From Sinorhizobium meliloti (GTDB lineage: Bacteria; Pseudomonadota; Alphaproteobacteria; Rhizobiales; Rhizobiaceae), in contig NZ_JAGIOS010000003.1 in assembly GCF_017876815.1 (NCBI RefSeq), positions 450,001-482,000 on the forward strand: 32,000 bases of DNA. Direction: 5' to 3'. The position numbers and the translations under genes were made by a program. Numbering within the stretch: position 1 is the stretch's first letter; every line of letters begins with the position of its first letter. A model generated the notes under the pieces. The model was not told the origin of the DNA. It ran no database searches and saw only the letters and a list, made by a program, of their open reading frames with translations. Positions 9,246-19,643 of the stretch are shown here, in pieces.

Positions 9246-10070
9246 CTATCTAACCATCAAGACGGGCAGCATCGGTGCATCGATCATCGACTTGGTTACG
9301 CCGCCGAATACCCTCTCGCGGATGCGCGAGTGCCCATAGGCGCCGATCACGATCAGGTCGGCCGAAGTGTCGCGTGCGTGCTGGGCGAGTACCTCTTCGA
9401 CCGGGCGGCCGGCACTCGCAAGCTGGTCGACTGCAACTTTGACGCCGTGTCGTGCGAGATAAGTGGCGACATCAGCGCCGGGTCCTCCGCCGTTCTTGGT
9501 CTTTGGATCGACGAGCACCAGGTGTACCCCCTCGGCGTTTTGCATCATGTCCAGCGATTCGCGGGCGGCCCTTGCGGACTCGATGGTCGAGTTCCACGCA
9601 AGGAGGACGTTCTTCGGCTCCAAGGTAACTGATCGGAGATTCGCAGCGAGCAGGACCGGCCGTGCCGAATAGAAGAGAGCACCCTCTATGACTCCCCGCC
9701 GGAGGAGGTCATCTACCCTTAGACTTGTGCCGACCAAGGTGACATCAGCGTACCGCGCACGCTCTCCGACGTCTTGCCCGAGCCGCATCGTCTCTGAGTA
9801 TCGCCCGACCACGTCGTATGAAATCCCGGCACTTCCGAGGATCTCCCTGGCCTCTCTGACCGATTGACGCAGTTGCTCCATATCACCGTCGCGGCTGTCA
9901 ATCCACGCGGCGGAGATGGCTGCGAGGTCTCCCATCGGAGGGAGAGTGGCTATCTTGCTGACTAGAACCGAGAGGTGCGCCCCCTCCGACGCGCAAAGAT
10001 CTGCCGCTGCCCTCAGGTCATCTTCGAGTTGGCTGATACCAACCACCAGAAGGATCGTCTTGTACGTCAT
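9246..10070 (-). CDS. Tandem universal stress protein (UspA-family) domain protein
   Basis: 274 aa comprising two USP-like halves. The C-terminal half carries the typical ADLIVIGAYGHSRIRERVFGGVT nucleotide-binding motif. A FixK box is centred about 72 nt upstream of its ATG. Confidence 0.85.
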   Translation of the reverse strand: MTYKTILLVVGISQLEDDLRAAADLCASEGAHLSVLVSKIATLPPMGDLAAISAAWIDSRDGDMEQLRQSVREAREILGSAGISYDVVGRYSETMRLGQDVGERARYADVTLVGTSLRVDDLLRRGVIEGALFYSARPVLLAANLRSVTLEPKNVLLAWNSTIESARAARESLDMMQNAEGVHLVLVDPKTKNGGGPGADVATYLARHGVKVAVDQLASAGRPVEEVLAQHARDTSADLIVIGAYGHSRIRERVFGGVTKSMIDAPMLPVLMVR

Positions 10071-10135
10071 TGGCCTGATCTCCCGAACGCGATTTGAATG
10101 CAGAAGCGATCTTACTCTGCGTCGCGGCGGCTACA

Positions 10136-10149
10136 TTGATCACGGTCAA
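10136..10149. promoter_or_regulatory. FixK/FNR-type box TTGATCACGGTCAA
   Basis: Exact TTGA-N6-TCAA dyad in the usp / fixL divergent intergenic region. Its spacing suits a class II promoter reading into the usp gene (minus strand). Confidence 0.65.
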
Positions 10150-10303
10150 TACTGTCGCGACGGGCTCTCGTCGTGGGGCGATTTGCAGCAAGCGGCGGGT
10201 TGGCTGTTTACGCCAGCATGGGCTATGGAAGAGTACGTATGGTGCAAGTACAGCCAAGACGCTGGGCATTGCAGCGGTAAACAGTCCTTCGGTGGATAAC
10301 TGG

Positions 10304-11821
10304 ATGCTTTCAAAAAGCGGTATTGAGCGGACTCAGTGGGGACGACGGGTCGTCAGGTGGAGAGGCGACGGCGTCGCAGCCTATATTGTCGCCGCGATCG
10401 TCACGTCGAGCGTTCTTGCGATCAGAATGATACGGGCCGAACCAATCGGCGAGGGCCTTCTTCTCTTCTCGTTTATCCCGGCCATCCTCGTTGTGGCGCT
10501 GATCGGCGGCCGCAATCCGATCCTCTTTGCAGCCGGGCTGTCGCTCGTTGTAGCGGTGCCTCATCAGCAGATCACGAGCGCCGACGGTCCGAGTGTCGTG
10601 GAACTGCTGGTCTTCGGGTCGGCAGTGCTTCTGATCGTGGCACTGGGAGAAGTGCTTGAGGCGGCAAGACGCGCCATCGACCGGACCGAGGACGTCGTAA
10701 GGGCCCGCGACGCTCATCTGAGATCCATACTGGACACTGTTCCGGACGCTACAGTGGTCAGCGCTACCGACGGCACAATCGTGTCCTTCAACGCCGCGGC
10801 CGTCCGGCAGTTCGGATACGCGGAGGAGGAGGTCATCGGCCAGAACCTGCGCATATTGATGCCGGAACCCTACCGCCACGAACACGACGGATATCTGCAG
10901 CGCTACATGGCAACCGGGGAAAAGCGCATCATCGGTATCGATCGCGTTGTCTCGGGGCAGCGGAAGGATGGATCGACGTTTCCGATGAAGCTCGCCGTGG
11001 GGGAGATGCGGTCGGGCGGCGAGAGGTTCTTCACGGGCTTCATCAGAGACCTGACGGAGCGGGAGGAGTCTGCCGCAAGGCTCGAGCAGATACAGGCTGA
11101 ACTGGCGCGCCTTGCCCGCCTAAATGAGATGGGCGAAATGGCTTCGACGCTTGCCCACGAACTGAACCAGCCGTTGTCGGCGATCGCCAACTATTCGCAT
11201 GGCTGTACGAGGCTGTTGCGTGACATGGACGACGCCGTCGCTACGCGAATACGCGAGGCGCTCGAAGAGGTGGCGAGCCAGTCGCTGCGGGCCGGCCAGA
11301 TCATCAAACATCTGAGGGAATTCGTCACCAAGGGCGAGACGGAGAAGGCTCCGGAAGACATTCGCAAGCTGGTCGAGGAGTCTGCGGCCTTGGCTCTGGT
11401 CGGTTCGCGCGAGCAGGGCGTCCGCACCGTATTCGAGTATCTGCCCGGTGCCGAAATGGTATTGGTCGACCGTATCCAGGTGCAGCAGGTCCTCATCAAT
11501 CTGATGCGCAACGCGATCGAGGCGATGCGCCACGTCGACCGCCGGGAACTGACGATCCGCACGATGCCGGCCGATCCGGGCGAGGTAGCAGTCGTCGTTG
11601 AAGACACCGGCGGAGGCATTCCGGAAGAAGTCGCCGGTCAGCTCTTCAAGCCGTTCGTCACGACCAAGGCAAGCGGAATGGGCATCGGGCTGTCCATTTC
11701 TAAGCGGATCGTCGAGGCGCACGGCGGTGAGATGACTGTTTCGAAAAATGAGGCCGGCGGAGCCACTTTCCGGTTCACGCTTCCCGCCTATCTAGATGAA
11801 CGGATCGTTGCAAATGACTGA
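10304..11821 (+). CDS. fixL: Oxygen-sensing haem-PAS histidine kinase FixL
   Basis: Starting at ATG 10304 gives 505 aa. It has N-terminal TM segments, a PAS domain ([35 protein letters not shown]), an H-box ([14 protein letters not shown]) and N/G boxes ([23 protein letters not shown]). The 70-codon upstream extension of the ORF starts at a TTG and would contain the FixK box. Confidence 0.9.
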
Positions 11822-12428
11822 TTATACGGTGCACATTGTTGATGACGAAGAGCCGGTCAGGAAGTCGCTGGCATTCATGCTGACAATGAACGGTTTCGCC
11901 GTGAAAATGCATCAATCGGCCGAGGCCTTTCTGGCTTTCGCGCCGGACGTCAGAAACGGGGTTCTCGTGACGGACCTGAGAATGCCGGACATGTCCGGCG
12001 TAGAGCTTCTGCGCAATCTCGGCGATCGCAAGATCAATATACCGTCGATCGTGATTACCGGGCACGGCGACGTGCCCATGGCGGTGGAGGCGATGAAGGC
12101 GGGGGCGGTGGACTTCATAGAGAAGCCTTTCGAGGATACCGTGATCATCGAGGCAATCGAGAGGGCGTCTGAACATCTGGTGGCTGCGGAAGCCGATGTG
12201 GACGATGCCAACGATATCCGAGCCAGGCTCCAGACGCTGAGCGAGAGAGAACGCCAGGTGCTCTCGGCAGTCGTCGCGGGCCTTCCCAACAAGTCGATCG
12301 CCTATGATCTGGACATCAGTCCGCGTACCGTCGAGGTGCACCGCGCCAATGTAATGGCCAAGATGAAGGCGAAGAGCCTCCCCCATCTCGTTCGCATGGC
12401 TCTCGCCGGTGGTTTCGGTCCTTCCTGA
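11814..12428 (+). CDS. fixJ: Response regulator FixJ (REC + LuxR-type HTH)
   Basis: ATG 11814 overlaps the fixL stop by 8 nt (ATGACTGA); 204 aa. It has a receiver domain ([26 protein letters not shown]) and a LuxR HTH ([36 protein letters not shown]). Confidence 0.95.
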
Positions 12429-12437
12429 TCTGCCGAG

Positions 12438-12451
12438 TTGATCTCGCGCAA
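12438..12451. promoter_or_regulatory. FixK-type box TTGATCTCGCGCAA (hybrid half-sites)
   Basis: The left half is TTGAT (FixK-like) and the right half is CGCAA (as in NnrR-type boxes). The centre lies about 82 nt upstream of the fixT start. Confidence 0.55.
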
Positions 12452-12526
12452 TGCGGCGCGTTGCCGCAAGCGGCTTAATGGCGGCTCGTTGCGGGCAGAT
12501 GCACGCCGGATTGCGCGGGACTGAAA

Positions 12527-12874
12527 TTGTTGGATGGGAAAACCATTATCGTCGTTGCAGCGGACCAGGGCCTCCGGCGGTCCGTGGCATTCGCCCTCGA
12601 AGTCGAAGGATATTACACGGAATCCTACGACTCCGTGCAAAAGGCTGAAGCCTCTTGCCGGGAAGCGCTCTGCGCGATTGTTGACGATGACATACTAAGA
12701 TCCGAGCCTCAGGCCGCCGCGCAATTCCTTAGCAATCGGGGGGGCCGGGCCATACTGCTGGTTGATGGCCTGTCGGCCCTTCAGCGACGTGTGGACTACG
12801 CGACATTGACGAAGCCGTTCACCGGTGCCGACCTGCTCGGCGTGATCAACAGCCTGGTCGTGGCAGCTAAGTAG
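12527..12874 (+). CDS. fixT: FixT, receiver-domain-like inhibitor of FixL (anti-kinase)
   Basis: 115 aa with a single receiver-like fold (KTIIVVAADQGLRRSVAFALEVEG..AIVDDDIL..ILLVDG..LTKPF). Its position between fixJ and fixK matches S. meliloti. Only TTG codons (12527 or 12530) are available as in-frame starts. Confidence 0.8.
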   Translation: MLDGKTIIVVAADQGLRRSVAFALEVEGYYTESYDSVQKAEASCREALCAIVDDDILRSEPQAAAQFLSNRGGRAILLVDGLSALQRRVDYATLTKPFTGADLLGVINSLVVAAK

Positions 12875-12952
12875 TTCCCCTTAGTGATCTAACCCAATTT
12901 CTCCAAATCACGCGAGTTGGCAATCTGTCCCCACATCGAACGGGGATAATCC
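12875..12952 (+). promoter_or_regulatory. fixK promoter region (expected FixJ~P-dependent)
   Basis: This is a positional call only. It is the 78-bp fixT-fixK intergenic region and has no FixK box. In S. meliloti fixK is activated directly by phospho-FixJ. I cannot delimit the binding sites from sequence alone. Confidence 0.35.
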
Positions 12953-13588
12953 ATGTACGCCGCTGTAAAAGCCAAACCACAGTCCATCGAGGTCGAACAC
13001 CTTGGACCGGCACCAATGTCGGGGCCGCATCTTGTCGCCACCTACAAGCCGGGTCGCGAGATCTATGCGCAGGGGGATCTGAACGACAAGTGTTATCAGG
13101 TTTCGACCGGAGCAGTGCGTATCCACCGCCTCCTTTCGGATGGACGCCGACAAGTCGTATCCTTTCATCTCCCAGGCGAAATGTTCGGGTTCGAAGCAGG
13201 ATCCAACCATTCTTTCTTTGCCGAAGCCATCACTGAAACAACACTGGCCATTTTTGGCCGCCGGAATATGCAGGAGCGTTCGCGGGAGCTTCTCGCGCTC
13301 GCCTTGACTGGCATGGCACGGGCTCAGCAGCATCTTCTGGTAATCGGCAGGCAATGTGCCGTGGAACGGATTGCCGCATTTCTCGTCGATCTTTGCGAAC
13401 GTCAGGGAGGAGGCAGGCAGCTACGCTTGCCCATGTCGCGGCAGGATATCGCGGACTATCTTGGCCTGACCATCGAGACCGTGTCGCGCGTGGTGACGAA
13501 ACTGAAGGAGCGCAGCCTCATCGCGCTTAGGGACGCAAGGACGATCGACATCATGAAGCCGGACGCGCTGCGCTCGCTTTGCAATTGA
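12953..13588 (+). CDS. fixK: Crp/Fnr-family transcriptional activator FixK
   Basis: 211 aa with a cNMP-binding-like fold and a C-terminal HTH carrying the E--SR recognition motif (RQDIADYLGLTIETVSRVVTKL). It has no N-terminal Cys cluster (FixK type, not Fnr type). GGGGA lies upstream of the ATG. Confidence 0.92.
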   Translation: MYAAVKAKPQSIEVEHLGPAPMSGPHLVATYKPGREIYAQGDLNDKCYQVSTGAVRIHRLLSDGRRQVVSFHLPGEMFGFEAGSNHSFFAEAITETTLAIFGRRNMQERSRELLALALTGMARAQQHLLVIGRQCAVERIAAFLVDLCERQGGGRQLRLPMSRQDIADYLGLTIETVSRVVTKLKERSLIALRDARTIDIMKPDALRSLCN

Positions 13589-13668
13589 GGTTGTCCGAGG
13601 GGCCGCGAAAGCGGGCCCTCTCTTCGGCTTCCTGGCGGGCGCCCGTTACTCCAGAAACGGAGCGAGAC

Positions 13669-14124
13669 ATGTTCGTGAGGGTAATGTCTCGTGAGGAATG
13701 CCAACGCGCCGTCGCCGCTGGAGATCTTGCGCGGCTGGCATGCTGTAGGGACGACCAGCCCTACATCGTGCCGATCACCTACGCGCACTCGGGCAACAGG
13801 CTCTACTGTTTCTCTATGCCCGGCCAGAAAATCGATTGGATGCGCAGCAACCCAAAGGTGTCGCTGCAGATTGCCGAGTTTGCCAGCAATCGCCAATGGA
13901 AGAGCGTGGTCGTGACGGGCAGGTACCAAGAACTACCGGCGACGCAAGGCTGCCGCCACGAGCGTATTCACGCCTGGTCCCTGCTCGAAAAGAAACCCAA
14001 CTGGTGGGAACCGGGCGGCCTCAAACCTGTGCCACAAGAGATCTCAGGGGCGTCTGCGCACATCTTCTTCTGCGTGGAGATGGACGAGATGACGGGCCGG
14101 GCAACCTGCGCGGGTGAGTTATAG
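13669..14124 (+). CDS. fixM: Pyridoxamine 5'-phosphate oxidase-family flavoprotein (FixM-like)
   Basis: ATG 13669 is preceded by GGAG 7 nt upstream; 151 aa. The translation (MSREECQRAVAAGDLARLACCRDDQPYIVPITY..KVSLQIAEF..WKSVVVTGRYQEL) is typical of the PNPOx-like family. The position downstream of fixK matches fixM of S. meliloti (symbol from memory, moderate certainty). Confidence 0.7.
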   Translation: MFVRVMSREECQRAVAAGDLARLACCRDDQPYIVPITYAHSGNRLYCFSMPGQKIDWMRSNPKVSLQIAEFASNRQWKSVVVTGRYQELPATQGCRHERIHAWSLLEKKPNWWEPGGLKPVPQEISGASAHIFFCVEMDEMTGRATCAGEL

Positions 14125-14331
14125 TCTCCCCCACGCGAAGGCGATCCCCTCCAACGGTTCTCCCGCCCTCAGCTTCCATTGCTTGTATTTTCCTGCTGCA
14201 GCTCGGGTGGTTCGGCCGATCCCAGAGCCCAAGCCGGCAGCCTTCCGGGCCCTTCGTGACGTCTTTGTCCGTACCGCTGTCCGGCCTCTTTTTGACCAAC
14301 CTGCTAGCATGTGTCGCGAGTTCCAAAACAC

Positions 14332-14345
14332 TTGATCTGGATCAA
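14332..14345. promoter_or_regulatory. FixK/FNR-type box TTGATCTGGATCAA (fixNOQP promoter)
   Basis: Perfect TTGAT-N4-ATCAA palindrome centred about 100 nt upstream of the fixN ATG. Confidence 0.8.
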
Positions 14346-14437
14346 GGTGCCCAAGGCCGGGCTCTGACAATTCTCGCAACAGTTTGGCGCGTCGTGCACA
14401 CGCGCCAGTCAGCGATTAGCGAGAGTTGGGGCCTATC

Positions 14438-16057
14438 ATGAAACACACAGTCGAGATGGTCGTGCTTTCCGTCGGCGCCTTCCTGGCGCTGGTCGGAGCC
14501 GGCCTTGCCCAGGACCGCCTGTTCGGCGCGCACATGTGGGTGCTGTTCTTCGTGCTGCTCGCCGGCACCCTTGTGCTCATGCGCCGCGTCGACTTCCGTC
14601 CGGCTGTCGCGGGTCATCCGGGCCGTCGCAGCGAATACTTCGACGAGGTTGTGAAGTACGGCGTCGTCGCGACCGTGTTCTGGGGCGTGGTCGGCTTTCT
14701 CGTCGGCGTCGTCGCCGCCCTTCAGCTTGCTTTTCCGGACCTCAACGTGGAGCCCTGGTTCAATTTCGGCCGGGTACGGCCGCTTCACACGTCCGCCGTC
14801 ATTTTCGCCTTCGGTGGCAACGCGCTTATCGCAACTTCGTTCTATGTCGTGCAGCGCACCAGCCGCGCACGGCTCTTCGGAGGTGACCTCGGCTGGTTCG
14901 TCTTCTGGGGGTACCAGCTCTTCATCGTGCTTGCGGCCAGCGGCTACCTGCTCGGAATTACCCAAAGCCGCGAATACGCGGAGCCGGAATGGTACGTCGA
15001 CCTCTGGCTAACAATCGTCTGGGTTGCCTACCTCGTCGCCTTCCTGGGCACGATCATGAAGCGCAAAGAACCGCACATCTACGTGGCGAACTGGTTCTAT
15101 CTCGCCTTCATCGTCACCATCGCGATGCTGCACGTCGTCAACAATCTGGCGGTGCCCGTCTCCTTCCTTGGTTCGAAGAGCTACTCCGCATTTTCCGGCG
15201 TGCAGGACGCGCTGACGCAGTGGTGGTACGGACACAACGCAGTGGGCTTCTTTCTCACGGCGGGCTTCCTGGCGATGATGTACTACTTCATCCCGAAACA
15301 GGTGAACCGCCCGGTCTATTCCTACCGGCTGTCGATCATCCACTTCTGGGCGATCATCTTCATGTACATCTGGGCGGGTCCCCACCACCTGCACTACACG
15401 GCGCTGCCCGACTGGGCGCAGACGCTCGGCATGGTCTTCTCCATCATGCTCTGGATGCCCTCGTGGGGCGGCATGATCAACGGTCTGATGACGCTCTCCG
15501 GCGCCTGGGACAAGATCCGCACCGACCCGGTGGTCCGCATGATGGTGATGGCCGTTGCCTTCTACGGCATGGCGACCTTCGAAGGCCCGATGATGTCGAT
15601 CAAGACGGTCAACTCGCTCAGCCACTACACCGACTGGACCATCGGCCACGTCCATTCCGGCGCACTCGGCTGGAACGGACTGATCACCTTCGGCGCGATC
15701 TACTATCTGGTGCCGAAGCTGTGGAACCGCGAACGGCTCTACAGCGTCCGCATGGTCAACTGGCACTTCTGGCTCGCCACCCTCGGCATCGTCGTCTACG
15801 CCGCTGTCATGTGGGTCGCTGGTATCCAGCAAGGCTTGATGTGGCGCGAATACGACGACCAGGGCTTCCTCGTCTACTCCTTCGCGGAAACGGTCGCGGC
15901 CATGTTCCCCTACTATGTCATGCGCGCCGCCGGCGGCGCCCTGTTCCTCGCCGGCGCGCTCCTCATGGCCTTCAACGTAACAATGACGATCCTCGGTCGC
16001 GTCCGCGACGAGGAACCGATCTTCGGTGCCGCGCCGCTGCCGGCACCTGCAGAATAG
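14438..16057 (+). CDS. fixN: cbb3-type cytochrome c oxidase catalytic subunit I (FixN/CcoN)
   Basis: ATG 14438 (MKHTVEMVV..) gives 539 aa. It is a polytopic haem-copper oxidase subunit I with conserved His ligands (e.g. [23 protein letters not shown]). Confidence 0.95.
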   Translation: MKHTVEMVVLSVGAFLALVGAGLAQDRLFGAHMWVLFFVLLAGTLVLMRRVDFRPAVAGHPGRRSEYFDEVVKYGVVATVFWGVVGFLVGVVAALQLAFPDLNVEPWFNFGRVRPLHTSAVIFAFGGNALIATSFYVVQRTSRARLFGGDLGWFVFWGYQLFIVLAASGYLLGITQSREYAEPEWYVDLWLTIVWVAYLVAFLGTIMKRKEPHIYVANWFYLAFIVTIAMLHVVNNLAVPVSFLGSKSYSAFSGVQDALTQWWYGHNAVGFFLTAGFLAMMYYFIPKQVNRPVYSYRLSIIHFWAIIFMYIWAGPHHLHYTALPDWAQTLGMVFSIMLWMPSWGGMINGLMTLSGAWDKIRTDPVVRMMVMAVAFYGMATFEGPMMSIKTVNSLSHYTDWTIGHVHSGALGWNGLITFGAIYYLVPKLWNRERLYSVRMVNWHFWLATLGIVVYAAVMWVAGIQQGLMWREYDDQGFLVYSFAETVAAMFPYYVMRAAGGALFLAGALLMAFNVTMTILGRVRDEEPIFGAAPLPAPAE

Positions 16058-16070
16058 GAGGGCATAGACC

Positions 16071-16802
16071 ATGTCGATTCTCGACAAACACGCGATACTC
16101 GAGCGCAACGCCACGCTGCTGCTGATAGGCTCGCTCCTGGTCGTCTCCATCGGCGGAATCGTGGAAATCGCGCCGCTCTTCTATCTCGAAAACACCATCG
16201 AGAAGGTCGAGGGAATGCGGCCATACTCTCCGCTGGAGCTTGCCGGCCGCGACATCTACATCCGCGAGGGATGCTACGTCTGTCACAGCCAGATGATCCG
16301 TCCTTTCCGTGACGAGGTGGAGCGCTACGGCCATTACTCGCTCGCCGCGGAATCCATGTACGACCATCCCTTTCAATGGGGTTCCAAGCGAACCGGACCG
16401 GATCTCGCCCGCGTCGGCGACCGCTATTCCAATGAATGGCACGTCCAGCACATGATCGAGCCCCGTTCGGTCGTGCCGGAATCTGTGATGCCGAGCTACG
16501 CCTTCCTCAAGGAGACGCCGCTCGAGGTGAAGAACGTTGCCATGAGCCTCGAGGCGAACAGGGCGGTCGGCGTTCCCTACACCGACGAGATGATCGGCAA
16601 CGCGGCTGCGGACCTAAAGGCCCAGGCCGATCCGAATGCCGACGGTTCGGGCGTCGAGGCACGTTATCCCAAGGCCAAGCTCGGCGACTTCGACGGCGAT
16701 CCGCAAAGGCTGACGGAGATGGACGCGCTCGTCGCCTATCTCCAGATGCTGGGCACGCTCGTCGACTTCTCCACCTACGACGACGCCGCCGGCTACCGCT
16801 GA
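16071..16802 (+). CDS. fixO: cbb3 oxidase monohaem cytochrome c subunit II (FixO/CcoO)
   Basis: 243 aa with an N-terminal TM anchor and one CxxCH motif (CYVCH). AGGAGGG precedes the ATG. Confidence 0.95.
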   Translation: MSILDKHAILERNATLLLIGSLLVVSIGGIVEIAPLFYLENTIEKVEGMRPYSPLELAGRDIYIREGCYVCHSQMIRPFRDEVERYGHYSLAAESMYDHPFQWGSKRTGPDLARVGDRYSNEWHVQHMIEPRSVVPESVMPSYAFLKETPLEVKNVAMSLEANRAVGVPYTDEMIGNAAADLKAQADPNADGSGVEARYPKAKLGDFDGDPQRLTEMDALVAYLQMLGTLVDFSTYDDAAGYR

Positions 16803-16814
16803 GAAGGAGGCAAC

Positions 16815-16967
16815 ATGGAAACGTACACGGCCATGCGCCATTTCGCCGATAGCTGGGGATTGCTCGCAATGACGTTGTTCTTCCTCGGCGTCGTCTTTTT
16901 CATCTTCCGCCCCGGCGCCAAGAACGCTGCCGCTCAGGCGTCTGTCATCCCGTTAAAGGAGGACTGA
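16815..16967 (+). CDS. fixQ: cbb3 oxidase small subunit FixQ/CcoQ
   Basis: Below the ORF-track cutoff. ATG 16815 is preceded by GAAGGAGG. My own translation is METYTAMRHFADSWGLLAMTLFFLGVVFFIFRPGAKNAAAQASVIPLKED (50 aa, one TM helix), with TGA at 16965-16967. It sits between fixO and fixP. Confidence 0.8.
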   Translation: METYTAMRHFADSWGLLAMTLFFLGVVFFIFRPGAKNAAAQASVIPLKED

Positions 16968-16970
16968 TCC

Positions 16971-17840
16971 ATGGCCGACAAGCACAAGCACATTGACGAG
17001 ATAAGCGGCGTAGAGACAACCGGACACGAATGGGACGGCATCCGCGAACTCAATAATCCGATGCCGCGCTGGTGGGTCTACAGCTTCTATGCCACGATCA
17101 TCTGGGCAATCGGCTATGCGATCGCCTATCCCTCGTGGCCTATGCTGACGGAGGCGACCAAGGGCATGCTCGGCTATTCGAGCCGCGCCGAGGTCAGCGT
17201 CGAACTGGCCGCTGCCAAGGCTGCCCAGGCCGGCAATCTGGAGCAGATCGCATCGAGTTCGGTCGAAGAGATCATCGCAAATCCGCAACTGCAGCAATTT
17301 GCCGTTTCAGCCGGGGCTTCCGCCTTCAAGGTGAACTGCGCCCAGTGCCACGGCTCGGGGGCTGCGGGCGGGCAGGGCTTCCCGAATCTCAATGACGACG
17401 ACTGGCTCTGGGGCGGCAAGCCGCAAGAGATCTATCAGACTATTGCTCATGGAGTTCGCCACGCCCCCGATGGGGAGACGCGGGTTTCGGAGATGCCGCC
17501 CTTCGGCGACATGCTGACACCAGAGCAGATGCAGCAGACGGCCGCCTACGTGGTCAGCCTCACCCAGGCTCCTTCGCAACCACACCTGGTCCAGCAGGGT
17601 AAGCAGGTGTTTGCCGACAACTGCGCTTCCTGCCATGGCGCCGACGCGAAAGGAAACCGTGAGATGGGAGCACCCAACCTCGCCGATCCGATCTGGCTGA
17701 AAGGCGAGGGCGAGCAGGCGGTGATCACTCAGATGAAGACGCCGAAGCACGGCGTGATGCCCGCATGGCTGCCGCGCCTCGGCGACGACACCGTCAAGCA
17801 GCTCGCGGTGTTCGTCCACTCGCTAGGCGGCGGCGAGTAG
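16971..17840 (+). CDS. fixP: cbb3 oxidase dihaem cytochrome c subunit III (FixP/CcoP)
   Basis: 289 aa with an N-terminal TM anchor and two CxxCH motifs (CAQCH, CASCH). AAGGAGG lies upstream. Confidence 0.95.
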   Translation: MADKHKHIDEISGVETTGHEWDGIRELNNPMPRWWVYSFYATIIWAIGYAIAYPSWPMLTEATKGMLGYSSRAEVSVELAAAKAAQAGNLEQIASSSVEEIIANPQLQQFAVSAGASAFKVNCAQCHGSGAAGGQGFPNLNDDDWLWGGKPQEIYQTIAHGVRHAPDGETRVSEMPPFGDMLTPEQMQQTAAYVVSLTQAPSQPHLVQQGKQVFADNCASCHGADAKGNREMGAPNLADPIWLKGEGEQAVITQMKTPKHGVMPAWLPRLGDDTVKQLAVFVHSLGGGE

Positions 17841-17883
17841 AGGCCCACGATCAATCGGCCGTGCACCCGCGCGGCCGCTTCCC

Positions 17884-17910
17884 GACCACAGGCCGGCCTG
17901 GTCAGATTTT
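17884..17910 (+). terminator. Weak candidate intrinsic terminator after fixP
   Basis: GC-rich palindrome CAGGCCGGCCTG is flanked by GAC../GTC and followed by AGATTTTCG. The stem is imperfect with a very small loop. Confidence 0.2.
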
Positions 17911-17989
17911 CGTTCCTCTATCGGAAGAAACCGCTCCGTTCAAAGCTCTTGGGGTTTTCCACCGCATGTGGGGCATGTGGGCCGCAGAC

Positions 17990-18003
17990 TTGACGCAGAT
18001 CAA
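17990..18003. promoter_or_regulatory. FixK/FNR-type box TTGACGCAGATCAA (fixGHIS promoter)
   Basis: Exact TTGA-N6-TCAA dyad centred about 72 nt upstream of the fixG ATG, in the 228-bp fixP-fixG gap. Confidence 0.75.
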
Positions 18004-18068
18004 GGTGAACAGCGTGCACATCGGCAAAGGTCGCCTCACAAGCGAAACTATCGCCGGAACCTGCCTCC

Positions 18069-19643
18069 ATGCTCCACCAACCCAAAACCAAAGCTACAGT
18101 CGGACGGCTCGATGCCGAAACCGTCAATGCCGCCCGCGTGCGCGGTCCGCTTTACGAGAAGCGTCGGAAGATCTTCCCGAAGCGGGCCGAGGGTCGTTTC
18201 CGCCGGTTCAAATGGCTGGTGATGCTGGTGACGCTCGGCATCTACTATCTGACGCCGTGGATCCGCTGGGACCGCGGGGCGCATGCGCCGGATCAGGCAG
18301 TCCTTATCGACCTCGCTTCCCGGCGCTTCTATTTCTTCTTCGTAGAGATTTGGCCGCAGGAGTTCTTCTTCGTCGCGGGGCTCCTGGTGATGGCGGGCTT
18401 CGGGCTTTTCCTCGTGACGTCGGCAGTTGGGCGGGCCTGGTGCGGCTACGCCTGCCCGCAGACCGTCTGGGTCGATCTCTTCCTCGTCGTCGAGCGCTTC
18501 ATCGAGGGCGACCGCAACGCCCGCATGCGCCTCGACGCCGGACCGTGGAGCCTCGACAAGATACGCAAGCGCGTGGCCAAGCATGCCATCTGGCTTGCGA
18601 TCGGCGTTGCAACCGGCGGCGCGTGGATATTCTATTTCGCCGATGCGCCCTCGCTCATGTCGAGCCTGATCGCGCTCGATGCGCCGCCGGTCGCCTATAC
18701 CACGATCGGCATTCTGACCGCGACGACCTATGTCTTCGGGGGACTGATGCGAGAGCAGGTCTGCACCTATATGTGCCCATGGCCGCGCATCCAGGCGGCC
18801 ATGCTGGACGAGAACTCGCTCGTCGTAACCTACAACGACTGGCGGGGGGAGCCGCGCTCGCGGCATGCGAAGAAGGCGGCTGCGGCCGGCGACGTCGTCG
18901 GGGACTGCGTCGACTGCAACGCCTGCGTTGCCGTCTGTCCCATGGGCATCGACATACGCGATGGCCAGCAGCTCGAATGCATCACCTGCGCGCTCTGCAT
19001 CGACGCCTGCGACGGCGTGATGGACAAGCTCGGCCGCGAGCGCGGGCTGATCTCATACGCGACGCTCAGCGACTATGCCGCCAATATGGCCCTCGCGACG
19101 AGTGGCGGGACTGCGGCGATCGATCCGAGCCGTGTGCGCGACGCCCATGGCGCTTTCCGTGACAAGGTGAGGCATCTCAGCTGGCGCATCGTCTTCCGAC
19201 CCCGCGTTCTCGTTTATTTCGGCGTGTGGACGATGGTCGGATTCGGTCTTCTTTTCGGCCTGCTGGCGCGCGACCGGCTAGAACTGAACGTCCTGCACGA
19301 CCGCAACCCCCAGTTCGTCGTCGAATCCGACGGCTCGGTCCGCAACGGCTACATGGTGAAGCTTCTCAACATGATCCCAGAACAGCGCACCATCAGCCTG
19401 ACGATCGAGGGTATGCCCACCGCCACTATGCGCGTGGCAGGACAGGCGACGGGCGACGGGCGGAGCGTCACGATTGGTGTCGAGCCGGACAAGGTCACAC
19501 CCCTCAAAGTCTTCGTCACATTGCCAAAGGGCGGGTTTGCCGAGGCGGAAGGGGGCTTCTCCCTCATTGCGGAGGACCCGTCCAGCCACGAACGCGATGT
19601 GTATCAGGCCAATTTCAATCTACCGGGAGCAGCAAGACGATGA
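18069..19643 (+). CDS. fixG: FixG/CcoG, membrane 4Fe-4S ferredoxin-type protein for cbb3 oxidase biogenesis
   Basis: 524 aa with TM segments plus two ferredoxin Cys motifs (CVDCNACVAVCP, CITCALCIDAC) and an N-terminal CGYACPQ motif. Confidence 0.95.
   Translation: MLHQPKTKATVGRLDAETVNAARVRGPLYEKRRKIFPKRAEGRFRRFKWLVMLVTLGIYYLTPWIRWDRGAHAPDQAVLIDLASRRFYFFFVEIWPQEFFFVAGLLVMAGFGLFLVTSAVGRAWCGYACPQTVWVDLFLVVERFIEGDRNARMRLDAGPWSLDKIRKRVAKHAIWLAIGVATGGAWIFYFADAPSLMSSLIALDAPPVAYTTIGILTATTYVFGGLMREQVCTYMCPWPRIQAAMLDENSLVVTYNDWRGEPRSRHAKKAAAAGDVVGDCVDCNACVAVCPMGIDIRDGQQLECITCALCIDACDGVMDKLGRERGLISYATLSDYAANMALATSGGTAAIDPSRVRDAHGAFRDKVRHLSWRIVFRPRVLVYFGVWTMVGFGLLFGLLARDRLELNVLHDRNPQFVVESDGSVRNGYMVKLLNMIPEQRTISLTIEGMPTATMRVAGQATGDGRSVTIGVEPDKVTPLKVFVTLPKGGFAEAEGGFSLIAEDPSSHERDVYQANFNLPGAARR

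Noticed and set aside
10094-10303. 70-codon N-terminal extension of fixL
   Set aside because: It starts at a TTG, contains the FixK box at 10136-10149, and adds a non-homologous, Cys/Arg-rich sequence. ATG 10304 gives the 505-aa size I recall for S. meliloti FixL.
12908-13354. 148-aa minus-strand ORF antisense to fixK
   Set aside because: It lies opposite a gene with clear FixK identity and has no motifs or SD.
14342-16150. 207-aa and 380-aa minus-strand ORFs, and a 378-aa alternative plus-frame ORF, overlapping fixN
   Set aside because: FixN homology is unambiguous in the annotated frame. The shadow ORFs are Arg/Asp/His-rich with no membrane or enzyme motifs.
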